From NCBI GenBank assembly GCA_965200475.1, contig CBDAUL010000007.1, positions 370,516-434,515 on the forward strand: DNA of 64,000 nucleotides, written 5' to 3'. Below are positions 1 through 8,983 of this stretch, piece after piece. Below the pieces are notes generated by a model that was not told the DNA's origin, did no database searches, and saw only the letters and a program-made list of their open reading frames with translations. Within the stretch, counting starts at the first letter, position 1; every line of letters begins with the position of its first letter. The stretch is from Vicinamibacterales bacterium (GTDB taxonomy: Bacteria; Acidobacteriota; Vicinamibacteria; Vicinamibacterales; UBA8438). The translations under genes were made by a program, and so were the position numbers.

Positions 1-680
1 GGGCCGACGGAGAGCTGCAGCAGCGCTCGCTCGGTCGAGACCCCTACCTCGACCCCGTAGACCTGATCGTCCTGGGCGAGGTCCAGGCCCTCGCGCGTGA
101 ACGAGGTGTGATCGGCGAACCGCACGCCGTAGGCCGGCAGGAAGCGCCCTCCCCGCACGCTCAGCGCGTCGCTGATCTGGTAGGCGACCCAGTGTTCGTA
201 GGAGACGAGCTCACCGCCCCCGGTCGGCTTGCGTCCGACGCTGCCGTAGGCTGTCCATCGCTCCCGCTGCCAGGCGGCCTGCAGGTCGAGGTTCATCAGG
301 AAGTTGCGAGCGTCCAGGGCGCGGCCGGGCACGTCCACGTCCAGGTGCGAGGGCCGAATGTCGAGGCCGAGCTGCAGGGGGTTGTCGCTTCCCAGGGCAC
401 CGAACAGAAAGGACTCCTCGCTCCGGGAGGCTTCCGTCGACGAGGCGCCGGCCGCGCCGCGCCGGCCGAACGTCGAGATCTCCTCTCGCGACAGCGATCG
501 TCCGTACGACGTGAGCAGCCCGCCGCCCGACGGCGAGTAGTGGCAGGCCGTGCACCGTGGATACTGCTTGGAGAGGAACATGGGCTCGGCGGACGCGGGC
601 GCCGCGCCCCAGCCGCCCGCGAGCGCGGCGCCCGCGAGGACGGTTCCCAGGCAGCGGCGCAACGTTCCTGGGCGGCTCAT
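1..680 (-). CDS. Exported hypothetical protein with one CxxCH heme-binding motif; its 3' end lies outside the window
   Basis: Absent from the ORF track because it runs off the window edge. My minus-strand translation from the ATG at 680 reads MSRPGTLRRCLGTVLAGAALAGGWGAAPASAEPMFLSKQYPRCTACHYSPSGGGLLTSYGRSL... It has a signal-like N-terminus and a CTACH motif. Its ATG overlaps the stop of the upstream YceI gene (ATGA at 677-680). Confidence 0.5.
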   Translation of the reverse strand, partial: MSRPGTLRRCLGTVLAGAALAGGWGAAPASAEPMFLSKQYPRCTACHYSPSGGGLLTSYGRSLSREEISTFGRRGAAGASSTEASRSEESFLFGALGSDNPLQLGLDIRPSHLDVDVPGRALDARNFLMNLDLQAAWQRERWTAYGSVGRKPTGGGELVSYEHWVAYQISDALSVRGGRFLPAYGVRFADHTSFTREGLDLAQDDQVYGVEVGVSTERALLQLSVG

Positions 681-1306
681 CGGGAATCACCCGCGGACGG
701 GTTGGCGCTCACGGCGTCGAAAGTGACGCGGATGACGACCTCGTCGCGCACGCCGACGCCCAGGTAGCGAGGCGGCGGGATGTCGAACGCCTCCAGACTC
801 AGCGAGAACCCTGCCTGCACGCGAATCCGCCCGTCGCGCCGGCTCAGCTCCGCTTCGCCCGCGATGGCCCGTTCCACCCCATGCAGGGACAGCGTGCCCG
901 AGAACACCGTCTCGTGGCGCGCGGCGTCCGCCGGGAACGGGGCCGCCAGCGCGATGCGGGTCAGGACGGCGTGGCGAAACCGCTCGCCGCGGGCTACCTC
1001 GAGATAGCGCTCCCGCAGGTGGGCGTTGCGCAGTTCGATGCCGGTGTCGAGAGGCGCGAGGTCGACGCGGAGTGCGCCCGCGTAGGACGCGTCCGAGCCG
1101 GCTCGACGCAGGGTGCCGGCAATCGCCGACGTGACGGCATCGAAGCTGCCGCCCACGGTAAGACGGCAGCGCACCCGTACGTTCCCGGCAGTCAGGCGCC
1201 AGGATTCCCCGGCAGTCGCCGGCTGCGCGCCGACCGGGCCGAGCGCGGCCAGCAGCGTCGCGGCGGCAGCGGCGAGCGCGGCGACCCGCCGCGGCGCTCT
1301 CCTCAT
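677..1306 (-). CDS. YceI-like periplasmic polyisoprenoid-binding protein
   Basis: Internal ATG at 1306 (MRRAPRRVAALAAAAATLLAALGPVGAQ, a signal peptide), in frame with ORF 677..1681. The body is typical of the YceI family (...RVDLAPLDTGIELRNAHLRERYLEVARGERF...FSGTLSLHGVE...). The rest of the 334-aa ORF upstream is Arg-rich read-through. Confidence 0.75.
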   Translation of the reverse strand: MRRAPRRVAALAAAAATLLAALGPVGAQPATAGESWRLTAGNVRVRCRLTVGGSFDAVTSAIAGTLRRAGSDASYAGALRVDLAPLDTGIELRNAHLRERYLEVARGERFRHAVLTRIALAAPFPADAARHETVFSGTLSLHGVERAIAGEAELSRRDGRIRVQAGFSLSLEAFDIPPPRYLGVGVRDEVVIRVTFDAVSANPSAGDSR

Positions 1307-1320
1307 GGTCGGCTCCCGGC

Positions 1321-1806
1321 TCAATTGTTCCGGGCGCCGTCGTTGATCCACTGCTCTATGACGTCGACCTGTGCGGCTGTCAGGAACGGGCCGTTCGTTG
1401 GCATCCGGTCGCCGACGATGCCGGCGCGGCCATCGAGCTTGTGAATCAGGTAGCTGTTCTCCGCATCGCCCGGCGTCACCCGATCGAGCGCCACCTGCAC
1501 GCTGGGCGCGTTCACCAGGTTGGCGAAGGCGTTGCCGGCGGTCAGGTCCAGACCCGCCTCCGTCGCGTGGTCGCCGTGATGCTCGATGCACGAGGCGTTG
1601 AAGATGACGGTCTGAATGCTCGACAGCCGCGGCATCAGCCCGCCCGGGGCCGTCGGCGTCGGACTCGTCGGCGAGTCGCACGCCGCGGCACTCGCGACGA
1701 GCAGGACCAGCGAGAGGCGAATCGAAGCGCTCACTTGCTGTACGGATCGTTGAACCCGCGGCGGATTCGTCTGCAGGTGATGAATGCCCATTGCTACGTC
1801 ACTCAT
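1321..1806 (-). CDS. Lipoprotein with a Planctomycete-type cytochrome-c-like domain whose heme motif is degenerate
   Basis: Lipobox LLVASAAAC. C-terminal pattern LVNAPS...RVTPGDAENSYLIHKL...MP..GPFLTAAQVDVIEQWINDGA is typical of this domain, but the heme site reads SCIEHH rather than CxxCH. The start is uncertain: ATG at 1806 or in-frame GTG at 1734. Confidence 0.55.
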   Translation of the reverse strand: MSDVAMGIHHLQTNPPRVQRSVQQVSASIRLSLVLLVASAAACDSPTSPTPTAPGGLMPRLSSIQTVIFNASCIEHHGDHATEAGLDLTAGNAFANLVNAPSVQVALDRVTPGDAENSYLIHKLDGRAGIVGDRMPTNGPFLTAAQVDVIEQWINDGARNN

Positions 1807-1853
1807 AGACTGTATCGCACAGCACTGGACGCCTCAGGTGTGCTGCTCGCTAT

Positions 1854-3917
1854 TCAAGGCAGGGTGAAGGCGACCAGCTCGGCGACTCTCTCCTCGTCGA
1901 GAGCCGCGACGACGAGGTGCTGCCGGCCGTCCGCCAGGTACGTGATCGGGAATCCCGTGGTCGGTCCGCCCGGCAGCGGGATTTCGTGGATGACGCCGCC
2001 CGTCCGCTTGTCGAAGGCACGGAGGACCGGAGCCCCGCGCTGTCCCTCGCCCGCGAACAGCAGGGTGGAGGTCGCCAGCAGTCCCGAGCTCTGCGTGAGG
2101 GTTCCGGTCGGCGGCACGTCCACGCCCTGCAGGTCCGGATGCCGGCGGATGTACTCGGGCGTGTCGCCGTGCGGGACCTGCCACAGCATCTCGCCCGCGG
2201 TCAGGTCGATCGCGGTGATGCGGCCGTAGGGCGGCTTCAGGAGGGGCAGGTCGCGGACGGTCGGCACGCCCCGCGAGAACGAGATGTGGTAGCGGACGCC
2301 GGTCCCCGCGGTGCCGTCCGTCAGCCCGAACAGCGTCGGCCTGGTCTGCGACGGCACGAAGAGAAGGCCCGCCTCGACGTCCACCGCGCCGCCCGGCCAG
2401 TTGACGCCGCCGCCCGCGCCGGGCGCCCCGAGCGTCCCGAGATTGACGCCCGGCTCAATCAGGGAGGGCGGCGTGTAGAGGGGCCCGAGCCGGATCTGCT
2501 CCACGATGCGCAGCGCCTCGGCCCGCAGCTCCGGCGTGAAGTCGATCAGGTCGTCCTCGCCGACGCCCTGCTGGTCGAACGCGGGCGGTCTGGTCGGAAA
2601 GGGCTGCGTGGGGGAGGCCCGCTCGCCCGGGACGTCCGACGGCGGCACGGGGCGCTCCTCGATGGGCCACACGGGCTCGCCAGTCTCGCGGTCGAGCACG
2701 TAGGCGAACCCCTGCTTCGAGAGCTGCACCAGCGCCTTGACCGGGACCCCGTCGACCTCGATGTCCGCGAGGATGGGGGCCGTGGGGATGTCGTAGTCCC
2801 AGAGCTCGTGGTGGGTGAGCTGGAAGTGCCACGCCCGCTCGCCGGTCGCGGCGTCGAGCGCCAGCACCGAGTTGCCGAAGAGGTTGTCCCCGGGCCGGTA
2901 GCCGCCGTAGTAGTCGTTCGTGGGCGTCTCGGTGGCTACGTAGAACAGGCCCAGCTCGGGGTCCGCCGTCACGGGGGCCCAGTGCCCGACGTTGCCGGTG
3001 TACTTCCAGGAGGCGTCGAGGAGCTCCGGACGTTCCCGCACCCAATCGTGCGTGCCGGTCGGCACGTCCCAGAGGGCCTCGTCCGCCTTCAGCCAGGTCT
3101 CGACCCCGAACTCGCCCGCTTTCGGGACGGTGTGGAAGCGCCACAGCATCCGGCCCGTCCGCGCGTCGTACGCCACCACGTCGCCGGGCATGTTCATGGG
3201 CCAGACTTCATTGGGCGAAGCCCGGGTGGGAATGCTGCCCGTATGCAGCGAGATGGACGCCACGAGCGCGTTGCCGAGAATGGCCGGCGGCGACGTGTTG
3301 GCCACCCGGCCGGCTCGCTCCGCGGCCGGCCGCTCGCTCCAGCGCAGGTCGTCCATCATGTCGACCACGCCGGCCGCACCGAAGTCCTCCACGAGCGTTC
3401 CCGTCCGGGCGTCGAGGGCCGCCAACTGAAAGCTCGGCGTCACCACGAAGATGCGCGCGTCGCCCGCACCGTCCGTCCAGTAGCTCACCCCGCGGCCGGC
3501 GCTCCGGGCCACCGGCTCGATGATGTCGCCCCACCTGCGCTCGTTGTCGCCCGGGTGCCAGTTCCAGACGGGCTCGCCGGTCGCGGCGTCGAGGGCGATC
3601 ACGCTGCGCTGGTTGCCGATGGTCGTATAGAGCACCCCGTCGACCACGATGGGGCTGATCTGCGTCCGGCCGGACGGCGGAGGCGTGCCCTGGTCGCGTG
3701 CGCTCCAGCGCCACGCCACCTCCAGGTTCGCGACGTTGCCGGCATGGATCTCGTCGAGCGGCGAATAGCGGGTCGCGCCGGCGTCCGCCCCGAACACGCG
3801 CCATTCCCCATCGGCGGCGCCGTTCTGGGCGCTCACGGCGGCGGCTCCCAGACAGGCGGCCGCCGCGACGGCCGCACAACGGATTGCCGGATGCCGACCG
3901 GAACGCGTCTGGTGCAT
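1854..3917 (-). CDS. PQQ-dependent dehydrogenase (quinoprotein alcohol/glucose dehydrogenase family), periplasmic
   Basis: N-terminus after the signal peptide reads GEWRVFGADAGATRYSPLDEIHAGNVANLEVAWRW, followed by beta-propeller repeats. It is a paralog of 14629..16614. The track ORF starts at TTG 3929; the ATG at 3917 (MHQTRSG...) is the more likely start. Confidence 0.85.
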   Translation of the reverse strand: MHQTRSGRHPAIRCAAVAAAACLGAAAVSAQNGAADGEWRVFGADAGATRYSPLDEIHAGNVANLEVAWRWSARDQGTPPPSGRTQISPIVVDGVLYTTIGNQRSVIALDAATGEPVWNWHPGDNERRWGDIIEPVARSAGRGVSYWTDGAGDARIFVVTPSFQLAALDARTGTLVEDFGAAGVVDMMDDLRWSERPAAERAGRVANTSPPAILGNALVASISLHTGSIPTRASPNEVWPMNMPGDVVAYDARTGRMLWRFHTVPKAGEFGVETWLKADEALWDVPTGTHDWVRERPELLDASWKYTGNVGHWAPVTADPELGLFYVATETPTNDYYGGYRPGDNLFGNSVLALDAATGERAWHFQLTHHELWDYDIPTAPILADIEVDGVPVKALVQLSKQGFAYVLDRETGEPVWPIEERPVPPSDVPGERASPTQPFPTRPPAFDQQGVGEDDLIDFTPELRAEALRIVEQIRLGPLYTPPSLIEPGVNLGTLGAPGAGGGVNWPGGAVDVEAGLLFVPSQTRPTLFGLTDGTAGTGVRYHISFSRGVPTVRDLPLLKPPYGRITAIDLTAGEMLWQVPHGDTPEYIRRHPDLQGVDVPPTGTLTQSSGLLATSTLLFAGEGQRGAPVLRAFDKRTGGVIHEIPLPGGPTTGFPITYLADGRQHLVVAALDEERVAELVAFTLP

Positions 3918-3995
3918 GGCTGGCTTCAATCCAGGCCGAGCAGCTCTTCTCGGTGCAGGACGGAGTCCGGCTACCCGGCCGGGGCAGCAGGGCTC

Positions 3996-4871
3996 CTATG
4001 GATTTGCGACCTGGTTGTCGGTACGGTTCTCGGCGCTGCTGGCGGCGGCCTCCCGCCGGGCAGCCCGTTGCCTGAGCTCCGCCATGCGCTCGGTGGCGTC
4101 TTCGATGAACTCGGACTCGGGGAACTCCTCCAGCAGCCGCTCGAACATCGGGAGCGCCTCGTCGACGCGCGCCGTGCGGCTCAGCGAGTCGGCGAGATGG
4201 TAGTAGACGGCGTCGCGCGCAGTGTAGCCGGGATCCTCGGCCAGGATGGTCTCGAGCCGGTCGATGGCGCCCGGGTACCACTTCCTGTCGTGGTAGTACT
4301 TGCCGACGACGTAGTTGTTCTCCGACAGCCGGTCGAAGGCCTCGCGCAGCTTCTCGCGCACGTCGTTGATCAGCCGGCTGCCCGGGTAGCGCTGCAGGAA
4401 CAGCTCGAACTCGGTCACGGCGTTGTGCGTCTCGGTCTGGTCCCGCTCGGGCCGGCGCATCTGGCTGTAATAGACCATGGCCAGCTTGTACTGCGCGTAG
4501 TCCGCGCGCGGATGGGTGGGGTAGAGGGCCAGGAAGTCGCGGTACTCCGACAGCGCGGAGATGTACGACTCGATGGTCCCTTCCGCCTCCAGGGTGTCGC
4601 CGATGGCCAGGCGCGTCTCGGCGCGCAGCGCGCTCTGCGGGTAGTTGTCGCGGATCTGCAGGAAGTACTCGCGGGCCGTTCGCCAGTCGCCTTCCTCCAG
4701 CGCCCGGTTGCCGCGGTCGAAGAGCAGGTTGTCGGCCCCGACCGTCGCCAGCGGGATCTCCACCGGCTCCTCGCCGCACGCGCCGGCGAGCAGAGCGCAC
4801 GCCAGAACCGTCGCGAGCGACCGCCTCAGCCGCCGGCGTTGCCGTCCCGTCCCGTTGCTCCGCATAGCCAT
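3996..4871 (-). CDS. bamD: Outer membrane protein assembly factor BamD (TPR lipoprotein)
   Basis: Internal ATG at 4871 of ORF 3996..6293: MAMRSNG...LACALLAGACGEEP (lipobox). The body shows TPR-like repeats (...DWRTAREYFLQIRDNYPQSALRAETRLAIGD...YAQYKLAMVYYSQM...). It overlaps the upstream epimerase gene by 46 nt. Confidence 0.8.
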   Translation of the reverse strand: MAMRSNGTGRQRRRLRRSLATVLACALLAGACGEEPVEIPLATVGADNLLFDRGNRALEEGDWRTAREYFLQIRDNYPQSALRAETRLAIGDTLEAEGTIESYISALSEYRDFLALYPTHPRADYAQYKLAMVYYSQMRRPERDQTETHNAVTEFELFLQRYPGSRLINDVREKLREAFDRLSENNYVVGKYYHDRKWYPGAIDRLETILAEDPGYTARDAVYYHLADSLSRTARVDEALPMFERLLEEFPESEFIEDATERMAELRQRAARREAAASSAENRTDNQVANP

Positions 4872-5785
4872 TCGTACTCCGCCGCGATCCCCTGTTCCAG
4901 CGTAACAGATGGAGCATACCGCAGGTCCCGCCGGGCGCGGTCCGTGTCGGCGTACGTGTCGCGCATGTCGCCCTTCGGGGGCGCCGTCCGGCGGACGCGC
5001 GGCTCGCGCCCCGTGCAGCGGGCCATCAACGCCAGCACGTCGTTCAGGGATACCTGCGCGCCCCCGCCCACGTTGTAGACGCCGCCGGGCCTGCCCCGCA
5101 GGCCGGCCGAGATCGTCGCGGCCACGGCGTCGTCGACGTACGTGAAGTCGCGGGTCTGGGCGCCGTCGCCGTACAGCTCGATGGGCGCGCCGGCCAGGAC
5201 CGCCGCGAGAAAACGGTGGAAGGCCATGTCGGGACGCTGGCGCGGGCCGTACACCGTGAAGTAGCGCAGCGACACGGCGGGCAGGCCGTAGCCGGCCCAG
5301 TACAGGTGGCACAGGTGTTCCGCGGCCAGCTTCGTGACGCCGTAGGGAGACACGGGCTGCAGGCGCGCGTCCTCGCGCATCGGGAGCTCGCTGGCGCCGT
5401 AGACCGACGAGCTCGAGGCGTAGACGATGCGCTCGAGCGCCGCGGAACGGCAGGCTTCCAGCAGCACCTGCGTCGCCTCGACGTTGCAGGCGGTGTAGGC
5501 GCCGAAGTCGCGCCCCCAGCTCCCGCGGACGCCGGCCCGGGCCGCGAGATGGAAGACGTGGGTCGTGCCGGCCAGCAGCGCGGGCCAGTCCGCCGCCTGG
5601 ATGGGCGTCTCCACGAAGCGGAAGCCGCGCCGCGCACGCAGGGCGGCGACGTTGGCTTCCTTGAGCTCGCGCGCGTAGTGGTCGGTGAAGCAGTCGAGGC
5701 CGACGACCCTGGCTCCCTCGGCCAGCAGCCGTTCGGCGAGGTGCGACCCGATGAAGCCCGCGGCGCCGGTCACGAGTGCGTTCAC
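4826..5785 (-). CDS. NAD-dependent sugar-nucleotide epimerase/dehydratase (SDR family)
   Basis: N-terminal Rossmann motif VTGAAGFIGSHLAERLL, and a YxxxK region (PVSPYGVTKLAAEHL). GTG start overlaps the stop of the upstream gene (GTGA). Confidence 0.85.
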   Translation of the reverse strand: MNALVTGAAGFIGSHLAERLLAEGARVVGLDCFTDHYARELKEANVAALRARRGFRFVETPIQAADWPALLAGTTHVFHLAARAGVRGSWGRDFGAYTACNVEATQVLLEACRSAALERIVYASSSSVYGASELPMREDARLQPVSPYGVTKLAAEHLCHLYWAGYGLPAVSLRYFTVYGPRQRPDMAFHRFLAAVLAGAPIELYGDGAQTRDFTYVDDAVAATISAGLRGRPGGVYNVGGGAQVSLNDVLALMARCTGREPRVRRTAPPKGDMRDTYADTDRARRDLRYAPSVTLEQGIAAEYEWLCGATGRDGNAGG

Positions 5786-6177
5786 GCCAGCGCTTCCCGT
5801 ACGTCGGCCGGCAGGCGCCGCGGCCGGCCCCGGCCGTCGACGGCCGCGTGGACCGTACGTCCGGTGGCGAGCAGCGCGCGATCGGCCCGGCGCACGATCT
5901 CGTGCCGGAACTCGACCCGCACGGGCGAGAGCAGGGCCCCGGTGGTGGCGATCTCCAGCTCGTCGTCGTAGCGCGCCGAGCTCCGGTACTCGCAGTGCGC
6001 CTCGATGATGGGCAGCAGCACCCCGCGCGCCTCCAACTCGCGGTAGGTGGTTCCGACGGCCCGCAGCAGATCGCAGCGGGCCACCTCGAACCAGACGAAG
6101 TAGTTGGCGTAGTACACGACGCCCATCGTGTCGGTCTCGGCGTACCGTACCCGCACCGTGGACGAGGAGGCTGGCAC
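5782..6177 (-). CDS. Acyl-CoA thioesterase, YbgC/4-hydroxybenzoyl-CoA thioesterase (hotdog) family
   Basis: VRVRYAETDTMGVVYYANYFVWFEVARCDLLRAVG is the signature N-terminus of this family. 131 aa. Confidence 0.8.
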   Translation of the reverse strand: MPASSSTVRVRYAETDTMGVVYYANYFVWFEVARCDLLRAVGTTYRELEARGVLLPIIEAHCEYRSSARYDDELEIATTGALLSPVRVEFRHEIVRRADRALLATGRTVHAAVDGRGRPRRLPADVREALA

Positions 6178-6183
6178 GGACTG

Positions 6184-6855
6184 CTAGGCGGGAGCCGCCG
6201 CCTGGGCCGCCGCGCGCAGGCGGCGCGTGGCGGCCGCGGGATCGTCGGCGCCGAAGATGGCCGACGCGGCCACCAGGATGTCGGCGCCGGCACGGACGAC
6301 CTGCGCGGCGTTGTCCGGCTGGATGCCGCCGTCGACCGCGATGCTGGCGCGGCTCCCGGCGCGCTCGAGCACGGCCTGCACGGCCTGGACCTTCGCCGGA
6401 CTGCGCGGGATGAACCGCTGGCCGGAGAAGCCGGGGTTCACGGACATGACCAGGACGAAGTCCAGCAGCTCGGCCACCGGCGCCAGCGTCTCCGCGGGGG
6501 TCGCGGGGTTGAGCACGGCCCCGGCTTGGGCGCCCAGCTCGCGGATGGCGGTCAGCGTGCGGTCGAGATGGGGCGATACCTCGACATGCACCGAGATCAG
6601 CGAGGCGCCGGCCCGTGCGAACGCCTCGATGTGGCGCTCCGGCTCCACGATCATGAGGTGGACGTCGAGCGGCAGCCGCGTGACGCGGGCGAGCGCCTCC
6701 ACGACCGGCACCCCGATGGTCAGGTTGGGAACGAACCGGCCGTCCATGACGTCCACGTGCAGCAGGTCGGCGCCGCCGGCCTCGACCGCGGCCACGGCGT
6801 CCCGCAGGCAGGCGAAGTCGGCGGACAGGATGGAGGGCGCGATGCGCAGCGTCAC
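6184..6855 (-). CDS. rpe: Ribulose-phosphate 3-epimerase
   Basis: IAPSILSADFACLRDAV...GADLLHVDVMDGRFVPNLTIG...DVHLMIVEPE...VMSVNPGFSGQ. GTGA overlap with the upstream PASTA gene. Confidence 0.92.
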   Translation of the reverse strand: MTLRIAPSILSADFACLRDAVAAVEAGGADLLHVDVMDGRFVPNLTIGVPVVEALARVTRLPLDVHLMIVEPERHIEAFARAGASLISVHVEVSPHLDRTLTAIRELGAQAGAVLNPATPAETLAPVAELLDFVLVMSVNPGFSGQRFIPRSPAKVQAVQAVLERAGSRASIAVDGGIQPDNAAQVVRAGADILVAASAIFGADDPAAATRRLRAAAQAAAPA

Positions 6856-7559
6856 TGGCTGACCTCGAGCGAGATCGGCTCGCCGGGCGCGATCTGGAAC
6901 CCCGCCTGGGGCGACTGGCGCAGCACGGTCCCGGGGGGCAGGCCGGGGTACGGGTGGTCGCCGACGACCGTCACCCGGAAGCCCCGTGTCCGCAGCGTCT
7001 CGGCCGCGGCGTCGGCCGCCACGCCGATCAGATCGGGCATGACGTACGTGCGGCCGCGCTCGCCCCGGTTGACGAGCAGACGCACCGCCTGTCCGTCCCT
7101 GCCCGGCGGCGGGTCCTGGGCGACGACGGCGTCGGTGGGGTAGCGGCGGGAGCGGATCTCGGATAGCCCGCGCAGGGTGAACGCGGCCTCTTCGAGGCGC
7201 CGGCGGGCCGCGCCCTCGGAGGCGCCGACCAGGGCCGGCACGGAGCCCGGGGTGCGGCCCGAGCTGAGCCAGACCTTCACGCTCCGGCCGCGCCGGGTCG
7301 CGATCGACCCGTCCGGCTCCTGCTCGGCGATGCGCCCCTCGGCTATCGTCGGATCCACGCGCCGCAGGGGTTCGACGCGGAGCTCGAGGTCGAGGTCCGC
7401 CAGCGCCGCCCGCGCCTCCTCCGGCGTCAGGTTGCCGAGCTCGGGAACGGGCACCTCGCGGCTCTGAAGCGCGAGCCGCAGGCCGCCGACGGCGGAGAGC
7501 CCGAAGGTCAACCCCAGGGCGCCCAACACGATCACGGCCTTGCCGATTTTCAGGGCCAT
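6852..7559 (-). CDS. Membrane-anchored protein with PASTA repeats and no kinase or transpeptidase domain
   Basis: Internal ATG at 7559 (MALKIGKAVIVLGALGLTFGLSAV, a TM helix), followed by three PASTA-like repeats (VPELGNLTPEEARAAL..., VPALVGASEGAARRRLEE..., MPDLIGVAADAAAETLR...). The upstream part of the 369-aa track ORF overlaps rsmB and is not coding. Confidence 0.75.
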   Translation of the reverse strand: MALKIGKAVIVLGALGLTFGLSAVGGLRLALQSREVPVPELGNLTPEEARAALADLDLELRVEPLRRVDPTIAEGRIAEQEPDGSIATRRGRSVKVWLSSGRTPGSVPALVGASEGAARRRLEEAAFTLRGLSEIRSRRYPTDAVVAQDPPPGRDGQAVRLLVNRGERGRTYVMPDLIGVAADAAAETLRTRGFRVTVVGDHPYPGLPPGTVLRQSPQAGFQIAPGEPISLEVSQ

Positions 7560-7591
7560 CTCGAGGCGGTGTCCGCGGGCGGCATCGACGC

Positions 7592-8983
7592 TCAAGTGTA
7601 CCGCATGTCGTGCGCCGGCCGGCTGTCGCGGCGCAGGACGGCGGCGAAGAACGCCTCGAGCGAATCCCGATGCGGCAGCGTCTGCACGCACCCGGCGGCG
7701 TCGAGCAGCGGCGCCAGGTGCGGCGCCCGCGGCGGGTCCACGGTGAAGCCGGGGGCGCGGCCGAGGAAGGCCTCGACCACGTGCCGGTTCTCCTCCGGCT
7801 CGCTCGAGCAGGTGGCGTAGACGAGCCGCCCGCCCGGCGCCACGACCTTCGCCGCCGCGTCGAGCAGCGCCGACTGCGCGCGGGCCAGCGCCGGCAGCTC
7901 GTCCGGCGTGCGGCGCCAGCGGATGTCGGGGTCCCGCCGCAGCGTCCCGAGACCGGAGCACGGGGCGTCGACCAGCACCCAGTCGAACGCGGGCCCGAAG
8001 GGCAGCGGCGCGCGTGCGTCGAGGCGCACGATCCGCGCGCTGCGGCAGCCGCAGCCGGCCAGCGTATCCGCCAGGAGCGCGAGCCGCGCCGGCCGCAGGT
8101 CGCCGGCGACCTGCAGGCCGCGGTCGGCCATGGCCCCGGCGATCGCCACCGTCTTGCCGCCGGGCGCCGCGCAGGCGTCGAGCACGCGGTCTCCGGGCCG
8201 CGCCCGCACCAGCTCGGCGACCAACTGCGATGCCTCGTCCTGGACCAGGAACAGCCCGCGCCGGGCCAGGGCCGTGGCCAGCGGGTTGCCGCGGGTCACG
8301 ACCAGCGTCGCGGGCGACCAGCGCCCGGCCGCCACCTCGACGCCCTGCTCGGCGAGCTGCGCGGTCAGCTCCGCGGGCGTGGACCGCAGCCGGTTGACGC
8401 GGAGCGCGATCGGCGCCGGCGCGTTGTTGAACGACGTCCAGCGCTCGGCGGCCGCGAAGCCGTGGCGGTCCAGCCAGCGCGCCACCAGCCAGCGCGGGTG
8501 GGACTGGGTCGTGGCGAGGTACGCCAGCGCCTGCTGCCGGTCGAGCCTGCCGCCGGACGCCTCCGCGCCGCCGGGGCGGGGCGGCAGCGCCGCCGCCGGA
8601 CGGGCGGCCAGCGCCCGCAGCACCGCGTTGACGTAGCCCGCGGCGCGCGCGCTGGCCACGGTGCGGGTCAGCGCCACCGCGTCGTCGACCACGGCGTGCG
8701 CGGGGACCCGTTGCAGGTGCCGGAGCTGGTACGCCGCCGCACGCAGCAGGTCGAGCACCTCCGGATCCACCGTGTCGAGTCCCCGCGACGATACCTGCCG
8801 GAGCAGGTGATCGAGCGCCGCGCGCCGGCGCAGGGTGCCGAGGACAATCTCGGCCGCGAGCGCCCGGTCGCGCGGATCGGCAAGCGAGCGGCGCGCGCGG
8901 TCCTGCGCGCGGGCGAGGTCCCGGCGGCCGGTCCGGACGTCGCGCAGCACGCGATGGGCGGCGGCGCGCGCCGGGGCGGTCAT
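7592..8983 (-). CDS. rsmB: 16S rRNA (cytosine967-C5)-methyltransferase RsmB
   Basis: NusB-like N-terminal domain plus SAM methyltransferase motifs (VLDACAAPGGKT..., DAPCSGLGTLRRDPDIRW..., YATCS). ATGA overlap with the fmt stop. Confidence 0.88.
   Translation of the reverse strand: MTAPARAAAHRVLRDVRTGRRDLARAQDRARRSLADPRDRALAAEIVLGTLRRRAALDHLLRQVSSRGLDTVDPEVLDLLRAAAYQLRHLQRVPAHAVVDDAVALTRTVASARAAGYVNAVLRALAARPAAALPPRPGGAEASGGRLDRQQALAYLATTQSHPRWLVARWLDRHGFAAAERWTSFNNAPAPIALRVNRLRSTPAELTAQLAEQGVEVAAGRWSPATLVVTRGNPLATALARRGLFLVQDEASQLVAELVRARPGDRVLDACAAPGGKTVAIAGAMADRGLQVAGDLRPARLALLADTLAGCGCRSARIVRLDARAPLPFGPAFDWVLVDAPCSGLGTLRRDPDIRWRRTPDELPALARAQSALLDAAAKVVAPGGRLVYATCSSEPEENRHVVEAFLGRAPGFTVDPPRAPHLAPLLDAAGCVQTLPHRDSLEAFFAAVLRRDSRPAHDMRYT

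Noticed and set aside
4826-4871. The 46-nt overlap between the epimerase 3' end and the bamD start, as a sign of a mis-called start or programmed coupling.
   Set aside because: The only in-frame starts that give a complete lipoprotein signal (MAMRSNG.../MRSNG...) both lie inside the overlap. Overlaps of this size occur in compact high-GC operons, and nothing else here is unusual.
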